Source: an uncultured archaeon (GTDB lineage: Archaea > Thermoplasmatota > Penumbrarchaeia > JASLWR01). From it: DNA of 64,000 nt. Numbering within the stretch: the stretch's first letter is position 1; each line of letters begins with the position of its first letter. Location: the NCBI GenBank assembly GCA_964430885.1, contig CAYSHM010000005.1:64001-128000 (forward strand). Direction: 5' to 3'. This document shows positions 50,801 to 57,150 of the stretch, piece by piece. The notes under the pieces are model-generated. The model searched no databases. It was given only the letters and a program-made list of their open reading frames with translations, and was not told the DNA's origin. Both the position numbers and the translations under genes were made by a program.

Positions 50801-53800
50801 GTAAAACAAGTGGAGCTCTTCGGTGCCATTAGGGAAAACTATAAGCTGGAACAGGAAGAGGGAGTAAACCTTTCCGAATACGGCACTCTTCGAAGCGTAA
50901 TGGATTATATTCTATCCCGATTGGATATTCCAATTGGTCCCAATGAAGGCTCTGCAGGAGACATTGATGCCACTGAGAATACAACCGGGACCGGCGAAGA
51001 TGAAAAAACTGATTCAGGGAGAAGCAGACCTGACGAGATAATGGAAAAAGTACTCGACATGGTGGCAGAAATGACCGGTTATCCCGTGGATATGCTGGAA
51101 GCAGACCTGGATATGGAAGCAGACCTGGGTATCGATACTGTTAAGCAGGTGGAGCTCTTCGCCGCTATCAGGGAGCATTACGGTCTTGAAAGGGATGAAG
51201 GCGTTAACCTGTCCGAGTTCAACACCCTTAGGAGTATCGGCGATTATATCGATTCAAGGGTCGGTGATACTGAACCTGCATCAGAGGGCGTTGGAGCAAA
51301 GACATTACAAGACGAATTGACCGAGGACACCGAAGGCGATGAGGTAATGGATCCTGAAGCAAAGGAGCTAAGACGTTACCTGACACGCTATATACCAAAG
51401 GAGCTGGGGAAGGATGAATGGTTTGATCTTAAGAAGAAGAATGTTATTGTCGTCATGGATAAGGAAGGAATAGGGAAAGAGTTAATGAAAACTCTGGCCT
51501 ACAAGGGAGCAAATGTCATTCAGTTCATCTATAACAGGAAGAAGAAAGAACATAACAACGATCAATACAAGGCTGACCTGGGAGATATTGAAATGCTGGG
51601 GGAGATAAAAGAAAAAGTACTGAAGAATCACGGAGATATTTTCGGTATACTTTATCTGCAGTCTATGGACAAGGAAAATGAATTGAAAAAAATAGATTTC
51701 GGGGAGTGGAAGGAACTTAACAGAAAAAAAATCCGGACCCTTTTCAATCTCGGAAAAGTTTTCATTGCTGACCTGAAAATGGGCTCCGAGGACAGCGAAA
51801 AGAGAAAGAACAAGTTCCTAGTATCGGCCGTAGAAATGGGCGGATCATTTGGAATTGAAGGTGACGGTAAATTTTCCACCCCTGTTCAGGGCGGGGTATG
51901 CGGACTTACCAAAGCGTTAGGTAAAGAAATGCCGGAAGTTTTGGTCAAATGTATCGACCTGGGGAAAATATCCCGTAAGAAGAAAGCAGCAGACCTGATT
52001 CTAAATGAACTTCTTTTTGGAGATGAACGACTGGAAGTGTGCTATAAGAAGGGCAAACGGAGAATTGCCCAGATGTACCATTCCGAATTGGACAAAACCA
52101 AAAAGGCCAATTTGAAAATCAACCAAGAATGGGTCTTCATAGTACCGGGCGGAGGGTTTGGGATAACTGGTGAAATTACCAAGGACATTGTCAGACAATT
52201 CAAACCCCGGATAATCGTCATGGACATAGCCGAACTTCCGGAAAACATAGAGGAATTGGCGGGATATGATGAAAAACAGCTTGATGATTTCAAGAAAGAG
52301 CTTTTCCAAAAGCTGAAAAAAGAGAAGGACAGGGTCACTCCAGTAATGCTTGAAAGGAAATTCGGAAGTTATACCAAAGCCATTACAATATTTAGAAATC
52401 TTCAGAAAATGAGAGAGATGGGATCCAAGGTGGATTATTTCCTATGTGATGTAACTGACCAGAAAAGGGTAAATGAGGTTCTGGACGAGGTTCGTAAGAA
52501 ATACAAACGCATAGATTGTATTATTCATGCCGCTGGACTTGAGATATCGAAGCTGATCACCCAAAAACCTCCAGAACAATTCGATCTTGTTTACGGGGTC
52601 AAGGTGAACGGCGCCTTTAATTTATTCCAAGGAACCAAGGACGATAAGGTCAAGGCCTACGTGACCTTTTCCTCAGTGGCCGGCCGGTTCGGAAATATCG
52701 GTCAGACTGATTATTCCTCGGCTAACGATCTTCTAAATAAATATATGGCATTGATAAGCAGAGAGAGAAAAGGTAAGGCAAAGGCCATATCATTGAATTG
52801 GACAGGATGGAGAGGGGTTGGAATGGCAACAAGGGGCTCGCTATTGAAGATATTTGATGAGGCAGGCGTCACCCTTATACCCTTGGATTTCGGCAAGAAG
52901 AAGGTTAGGTTGGAGCTGCTCTATTCAGGAGACGAATCCGAGGTTACAGTTGCCGGAAATGTAGGTTTTCTTGATGCAGATGGTATAATCATACCCAATG
53001 GCCAGGATATTGAGAGTTGGGATATGGAGAGATCAATGAAAATGGAACCCGAAAACTATCCCTTTGTGGATAGGGTCTTGGAATACGAGAAGGGAGATAA
53101 AGTAGTTGTTGACAAATTACTCCATACGGAAAAGGATCGGTATTTGAAGGACCATTCCATCTCCGGAACGCCTTATCTTCCCGGTGTCATGGGATTGGAA
53201 ACATTCGCTGAAGCTAGCTCCCTGCTGTTCCCTGAAAAAAACATTATTGAGTTCAAAGATGTGGTCTTCAAGAGGCCGGTCAAACTCCTTAGGGGTAAGG
53301 AGGTTACTATTCGTACTATCTGCAGTGTATCAAGCACGAAGAAAGACAAGGTAGAACTTGATCTCCGTATTGAAAGCGATTTCATCAATCCGAAGGGCGT
53401 GAAGATGGGGGAACCAAGGATCCATTTTACTGGAAAATGCCTAATGGATAAAAAAGGACCGGGTAAGAAGAAGATTAAAATACCGAAGAACATCACCACA
53501 GATGTGGATCCAGTTATTGGCAATTCTGAGATATACAAAAGATTCTTCCATGGGCCGGCATTCCAGATCCTCGGGGGAATAATAGAGACAGGGGATAAAA
53601 TGAAAAAGGGCGAAAAGGCCTGGGGAGTATTTAAAGAACCTAAAGGAGATTTCTATTCGGATCTTGACGATTTCCGATTCAGTTTCACACCCATGCTAGC
53701 CGAGTTCGGCTTCCAGACCTGCGGGATTTTTGATATGTTCCATAGGAGCAATATGTCGCTGCCGGACGGTATTGAGAAAGTATCCTTCTTTTCATCTGCA

Positions 53801-54007
53801 AAGGATCGAAGAAAAATAAAGCAGAACATTGGTCAAAAGGGAACGCTATGCAGAATAACCTTTAAAGGGGACCGGGAAGGAGACCTCTCGCCATACAGTA
53901 TTTATGATGTGGAAATTATGGATCCAAAGGGAAATATCATTCTTAAAATGAAGGACTATCGGATGATCAAGACCGGGGAGTTGGAAGAGGAAAAAAGATG
54001 GAAATGA
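44864..54007 (+). CDS. Type I PKS/FAS-like megasynthase, ACP-KS-AT-KS-ACP-ACP-ACP-KR-DH (PfaA-related domains)
   Basis: KS1 DAAC360/EAH494GTST/GH534LK; AT GQGSQY, GHS874LG, HAFHS; KS2 NAAC1492/SH1640ETFT/GH1680AQG; four DMEADLGIDTVKQVE ACP-like domains; KR GGGFGITG, HAAG, GQTDY2617SSAN; DH DH2764SISGTPYLPG. Start could be ATG 44873. Confidence 0.93.
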   Translation: MLKMGKKNRKDIEKEVLSIVSEKTGYPIDMIDIEHDMEADLGIDTVKQVELFGAVRENYNLQEEEGVNLSEYASIKDVVQFIVDKLGIPEMSEVDAGEEEGAESEAMTSEEVKKDEGEGSKSAPVQKHTVNIIETERDRDEITSYIHSSLEPIAVVGLGGIFPDSNSITEFWQNIIEGKDSIDEIPEDRWDISTFYDPDSKTSKNKSYTKIGAFVKDFEFNSIDFRIPPNIIKHIDPVQLWTLAATKEAWEDAGLHKKDVARDRVSVILANAQGGEHRDTNSSLVYLYDFIRAMEKSSVFSNMKKAERKIKVEAIEKEFMKNMPEINEDTMPGELSNIVASRVANRFDFFGPSFTCDAACASSFAAIDTAVKYLREGDADILITGGADRSMNPSTYVKFCKIGVLSKTGSRPFDAKADGFVMGEGAGILVLKRLSDAIKDLDKVYAVIRGIGASSDGKSKGITAPNPLGQKKAIERAYEKAGYDLSTVSLIEAHGTSTVVGDATELKTLADIWSGKGFQKQSVGIGSIKSQIGHLKSAAGAAGLIKMILALHHNTLAPTINYKEANPNVNLDETPFFVVTEPRKWERPRIKGELIPRRAGVSAFGFGGSNFHVTLEEFTGNYPDLTAGIESTKPTHSPEKVIDPELYLKEHSDMEGDVISISADSLDELKAQAQTLSSDLKKALKDEGEYFRLASFAYDINRILDSDKIRTFRLAVSAQKGKEMADLFLLAAENVHSTERMAMLENKGIFFSNPDILTELGHLKDGVVHPPKTGFVFPGQGSQYINMLRDVSNKFRAVEDTFIESDEIMTDIIGEPLTNIIFSDEHDSEQDVKRKQNRMTDTEITQPAMITGDIALYRLFKMYDLEPAAVAGHSLGEYGALVASEVMDFKNALLASSARGREMANIEIEDKGKMASVAAGEKEVQEILDSIDGYVIVANKNSYSESVISGASKAVEEAVEKLNKKGINTIWLPVSHAFHSEIVAPAKVPLRNFLENREFHSPSIPVLTNVDGSFYPTGRNVKGRVIDILVDQIAGAVEWVKEMEAFYNELDIRFFVEVGTKRALTTTINHIFHNRPHKAVLTNHPKKGGLRTFNEALAHLSACGVKIKWPAPDNRTVYTDLFVDAGMELKKKVQVQKRAVISPPVSQRREGNYTEEIQTVVPVDTTISAPSSMDILLDIKPKNHIAGIDETAYKDFIQTEGQELLEIINDRFRKFQASRGGELLNRIRSLGLYLGSVSISGTGIGLPGKGKRVFSTSNVDKILQGGNFIDRLSEEQMKKMCDKNIIRLLKMPDGDAKMIPIDNIDQVIKFAGLRGDFDVVEEYGVEVSIAGALDITSKLAIAAGIEALRDAGIPLVKEYYTTSTGTYLPNKWVLPEPLQEGTGVIFASAFPGYDNLIDEISRYLAHKFTSRSAIEKEGLYEDILEQINDKKIKEQLRDWISKNRIRQEDEYREEEEYKFNRKFLWRVLSMGHSQFAQFIKAKGPNTQVNAACSSTTQTFSIAEDWIRTGRAERVIIIAADDATSENMLQYVGSGFIAIGAATVKDKLEEAALPFDRRRNGLIVGMGAAGFVVERKEDILRRGMKPAVDLLGTYLSNSAYHGSSLDVEHITSELENFIRRVERANNLNRNDITKNMLFMSHETFTPARGGSADAEMDSLRRVFPDTYRNIIVTNTKGYTGHAQGAGIEDAIAIKALQHGRTPPIANLMEPDPNLGDIKLSKGGKHPFEYALRLAAGFGSQVAFNLLKLQSREGERMADEITYQNWLKEISGLEQVETEVAHNTLRIKDVGPGRIVSKRPVSKVKNLSRDDSISSEQRSQKSSIPEGEEIITAKSNDERGQITEEVMEMVAEKTGYPVDMLEPDLDMEADLGIDTVKQVELFGAIRENYNLEQEEGVNLSDYDTLDGIVEYIYSRLLKEGKIVEEAIPKGEELAVQTESGESKLHLKVERKVLEIVAEKTGYPVDMLEPDLDMEADLGIDTVKQVELFGAIRENYKLEQEEGVNLSEYGTLRSVMDYILSRLDIPIGPNEGSAGDIDATENTTGTGEDEKTDSGRSRPDEIMEKVLDMVAEMTGYPVDMLEADLDMEADLGIDTVKQVELFAAIREHYGLERDEGVNLSEFNTLRSIGDYIDSRVGDTEPASEGVGAKTLQDELTEDTEGDEVMDPEAKELRRYLTRYIPKELGKDEWFDLKKKNVIVVMDKEGIGKELMKTLAYKGANVIQFIYNRKKKEHNNDQYKADLGDIEMLGEIKEKVLKNHGDIFGILYLQSMDKENELKKIDFGEWKELNRKKIRTLFNLGKVFIADLKMGSEDSEKRKNKFLVSAVEMGGSFGIEGDGKFSTPVQGGVCGLTKALGKEMPEVLVKCIDLGKISRKKKAADLILNELLFGDERLEVCYKKGKRRIAQMYHSELDKTKKANLKINQEWVFIVPGGGFGITGEITKDIVRQFKPRIIVMDIAELPENIEELAGYDEKQLDDFKKELFQKLKKEKDRVTPVMLERKFGSYTKAITIFRNLQKMREMGSKVDYFLCDVTDQKRVNEVLDEVRKKYKRIDCIIHAAGLEISKLITQKPPEQFDLVYGVKVNGAFNLFQGTKDDKVKAYVTFSSVAGRFGNIGQTDYSSANDLLNKYMALISRERKGKAKAISLNWTGWRGVGMATRGSLLKIFDEAGVTLIPLDFGKKKVRLELLYSGDESEVTVAGNVGFLDADGIIIPNGQDIESWDMERSMKMEPENYPFVDRVLEYEKGDKVVVDKLLHTEKDRYLKDHSISGTPYLPGVMGLETFAEASSLLFPEKNIIEFKDVVFKRPVKLLRGKEVTIRTICSVSSTKKDKVELDLRIESDFINPKGVKMGEPRIHFTGKCLMDKKGPGKKKIKIPKNITTDVDPVIGNSEIYKRFFHGPAFQILGGIIETGDKMKKGEKAWGVFKEPKGDFYSDLDDFRFSFTPMLAEFGFQTCGIFDMFHRSNMSLPDGIEKVSFFSSAKDRRKIKQNIGQKGTLCRITFKGDREGDLSPYSIYDVEIMDPKGNIILKMKDYRMIKTGELEEEKRWK

Positions 54008-54054
54008 TTAATGAGGCAAGGATTGTTGAGTATTTTAGATGTATAGGTGGTTGA

Positions 54055-54417
54055 ATGGCAAAGGATTCATGTCCCCATAGGATTGAGGAATTTCAAAGGG
54101 AAAGAGAGAGAATGAACAAATTGATAATGGAATACGGCGGGAAGGATATCAAGAGGTTCTTCAGCATTGATTCCTCTGTTTACAGGAATGGAGCTCTTTC
54201 GAAAAAAACCAAAGAACTTCTCGGTCTGGTATCCTCCCTGGTCCTGAGATGTGAGGACTGTGTGAACTACCATCTTATTCATTGTAAAAAGGAAGGATAC
54301 AGCACGGAGGAATTGATGGAAGGATTAACTGTTGGATTGATCATAGGAGGGTCTATCACAATTCCACATATCAGAAGAGCCCTGGATGCTTGGGTTGAAC
54401 TTCAGGAAAAGGATTGA
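54055..54417 (+). CDS. Carboxymuconolactone decarboxylase / AhpD-like protein
   Basis: GALSKKTKELLGLVSSLVLRCEDCVNYH (ExxxxxxSxxxxCxxCxxxH), IGGSITIPH. Confidence 0.88.
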   Translation: MAKDSCPHRIEEFQRERERMNKLIMEYGGKDIKRFFSIDSSVYRNGALSKKTKELLGLVSSLVLRCEDCVNYHLIHCKKEGYSTEELMEGLTVGLIIGGSITIPHIRRALDAWVELQEKD

Positions 54418-54675
54418 TATTAATAAATCAAGATGCATCCGATTTAATAATCTAATTCGTTTTAACTATTCTTATCCGTGACCCTTTCAGAAAAACCTTA
54501 ATCAATGTTTAAATAATTCATAGTCCTTGCAACTTGTGCATCGTACAGGTGCGGTAGCTTCCGTTACTAATTCGCCACTTATAGGCAATATTATAATCTC
54601 AATTATAGCCATAGACAATACATCCCGATTTATGTGAAATAGATTTGAATGATGAACTGAAAAAAGGTGATAAAA

Positions 54676-55950
54676 ATGGTCGAAATACCACAAATACCCA
54701 TTGATGTGGATTCTATATCCCTGAGATTCCTGAATCTGCTTGGAAAACCCTGTGAGATAAGGGTCCCAAAGAATATGATGGAAACCTGTATCAATGACGG
54801 GATCAGTTTTGATTCCTCAAACCTTGGTTACACTGATATATCCAGAAGTGATATGATAGCCATACCGGATGTGTCAACTATGAAGATACTCAGGTACGAG
54901 AAGGATCATATAGCAGCTTTCCTTTGCGACATTCACCAACCGGACGGGGGCAGATTCAAAGGCGACCCAAGATACCTTCTGAAAAGCACTCTTGAACATT
55001 ACAGAGTGAAAGGATTCACCTTCCACGTAAAACCGGAGTATGAATTCTATTTGCTGGATCGAGAAACCAAAAGACCGGTAGATACTGGAAAATATATTGA
55101 TGGAAGAGTGGACAACACCAAATTGGTTGGCGTTCTTACAAAGCTTCTGCAGAACTATGATTTCGGAATTGAAAAAGTTCACCACGAAGTCGGGCCCGGC
55201 CAGTATGAAATTGAAACTCTGCCATATTCGGAACCGATTAAAATGGCTGACGATTTCATAATAATCAAGGAACTCATAAAAAAGGAAGCACTTAATAGAG
55301 GAATACTTGCCACCTTCATGCCGAAGCCAATTGCTTATACTGCTGGCAGCGGCTTTCATATTCATATTTCCCTTTTCAAAGATGGGGAGTTCAGATTAAC
55401 CACCGGTGATCTGAACAGCTACACCAAGGGATTCATTGGAGGCCTTCTCAAACATGCGAAAGCATTATCTGCACTATGTTTACCAACCATCAATTCCTAC
55501 AAGAGGATCATTCCAGGATATGAAGCGCCTGTTTACATATCATGGGGCTCCAGCAACAGAAGCACCCTCGTGAGGATCCCCGCCTATAGTAGCTCAAGAG
55601 AATCAAAGGGCAGGATCGAGTACCGGGGAATAGATGCCACTGTTAATGTCTATCTGATGATGAACTCTCTGATATGCGCCGGCATGGATGGTATCGAGAA
55701 AGGGATGGAACCTGGAAAAGAGATGACCGAGAACCTTTTCGATATAAAGGACCATGCATTGGAAGGGGGGTTGATAGATCACCTGCCGACCAACCTAAAC
55801 GAATCCCTGGTGGAATTGGCCAAAGATGAGGTCATAAAGGAATCCTTAGGTGAGATTTTCGAACCCTATGTGGAGATGAAAAGAAAAGAGATGTCTGCTT
55901 TTACAAAGTTCGTTACTGACTGGGAACTCGACAACTATTTGGATTACTGA
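54676..55950 (+). CDS. glnA: Glutamine synthetase family protein (type I)
   Basis: PEYEFY, HHEVGPGQYEI, TFMPKP, GSGFHIHISL, NSYKRIIPGYEAP, NRS...RIP, RIEYR; ATG 54676 follows GGTGA. Confidence 0.82.
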   Translation: MVEIPQIPIDVDSISLRFLNLLGKPCEIRVPKNMMETCINDGISFDSSNLGYTDISRSDMIAIPDVSTMKILRYEKDHIAAFLCDIHQPDGGRFKGDPRYLLKSTLEHYRVKGFTFHVKPEYEFYLLDRETKRPVDTGKYIDGRVDNTKLVGVLTKLLQNYDFGIEKVHHEVGPGQYEIETLPYSEPIKMADDFIIIKELIKKEALNRGILATFMPKPIAYTAGSGFHIHISLFKDGEFRLTTGDLNSYTKGFIGGLLKHAKALSALCLPTINSYKRIIPGYEAPVYISWGSSNRSTLVRIPAYSSSRESKGRIEYRGIDATVNVYLMMNSLICAGMDGIEKGMEPGKEMTENLFDIKDHALEGGLIDHLPTNLNESLVELAKDEVIKESLGEIFEPYVEMKRKEMSAFTKFVTDWELDNYLDY

Positions 55951-56114
55951 AGAGGATCAATTTGACCTGAAGGGGGCTTCATCTATAAACCGCTCGGTCA
56001 AATAAAGGATAGATATAATCAATAATGCAATATGCAATGATCCCTCTAGGTCATTGAATAATAAATCATTTAGGTATTTATTATTATTATTGATATCATT
56101 ACTAGTTGTAAAAA

Positions 56115-57116
56115 TTGCTGGATCGTATGGTGATCAATTTGGAAAACCCGGTTCTGACAAGCGTCAAATGGTTTGTGGATAACAGCCGCCACGTAAAGAT
56201 CAATTATGAAAATATTTCTAAGGTGGCAGAAGAGAACGCCGGGTCTGATTTCCCCTATCCCTCTTGGGACTTTGACTGTCTCCCCAAAGAGAGAAATGAT
56301 GCTGCACTTGAATTCTTTTTTCTGATGAACTGCCTTAATTTCAAATTCTGGCATACGGACACAAAGGAGCGATTTTCAGCTATTGTGAATGGCGATAAGT
56401 ATATAGGCGCTTTTGCAATGTTCGGTCTGTTCAATAAATGGCAGAAGAAAAACCCAAACCTGTTGACAGGCCAGTATCTCAAGAACATGACCATAGAAAT
56501 TGCCAGGAAGAACCTATCGGGTATCAGAGGTCCAATTCCAATGCTGAGAAGAAGGGTTGAAATAATGAAGGAAGCCGGGAACATCCTGACTAGCAAATAT
56601 TCAGATTTCAACGATCTTGTGGAGAGGTCGGAATATCTCTGTTTCAATAATGGAAGAGGTATTGTGGAAAGATTGATAGAGGATTTCCCTTCCTTCAGGG
56701 ATGAGTACCAATTTCACGGACGCAGAATAATCCTTAACAAGAGAGCACAGTTAGCACCAGCAATGGTCTATGCCAAGTTTAGGGGAACCGGTAACTTTGA
56801 CCTCAAGGACATAGATAAACTCACCGCTTTTGCAGATTATCAGCTTCCAAAGGGACTGCTGGGATACGGCATTCTGGAGTACTCTTCCGAAATGGAAAAA
56901 ATAATAAAAAAACGGGAATTTATCCCCAAGGGGAGCAGATTGGAACTTGAGATAAGAGCGAATACGGTATTAGCAGTCCACATTCTGCTAGGGGCTTTGA
57001 ATGAACGGAGAAATGGCCTGGGGCTAGTGAATGCTGTTCAGATGGACTATCATCTTTGGAAAAGGGGAAGAGAGGAGAATACACCTTACCATCTCACTGA
57101 AACATCAGCCTATTGA
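56115..57116 (+). CDS. Queuosine salvage family protein (DUF2419 / QNG1-like N-glycosylase)
   Basis: LNFKFW, FPSFRD, KRAQL, LTAFADYQLP, ELEIRA, DYHLW, C-terminal YHLTETSAY; true start may be TTG 56139 after GGTGA. Confidence 0.88.
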   Translation: MLDRMVINLENPVLTSVKWFVDNSRHVKINYENISKVAEENAGSDFPYPSWDFDCLPKERNDAALEFFFLMNCLNFKFWHTDTKERFSAIVNGDKYIGAFAMFGLFNKWQKKNPNLLTGQYLKNMTIEIARKNLSGIRGPIPMLRRRVEIMKEAGNILTSKYSDFNDLVERSEYLCFNNGRGIVERLIEDFPSFRDEYQFHGRRIILNKRAQLAPAMVYAKFRGTGNFDLKDIDKLTAFADYQLPKGLLGYGILEYSSEMEKIIKKREFIPKGSRLELEIRANTVLAVHILLGALNERRNGLGLVNAVQMDYHLWKRGREENTPYHLTETSAY

Positions 57117-57150
57117 ATGATATATAACAATATAAGGAAAGGAACTCTGC

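Noticed and set aside
44297-54417. PKS as a mobile element or recent genomic island
   Set aside because: No integrase, transposase, tRNA or flanking direct repeats seen, and no obvious compositional shift by eye (not computed).
55951-56060. Nested imperfect hairpins after glnA (ATTTGACC...GGTCAAAT enclosing TGAAG-GGGG-CTTCA) as an ncRNA or riboswitch
   Set aside because: Short stems with no recognisable family consensus such as preQ1; may simply be a terminator. An Rfam search would settle it.
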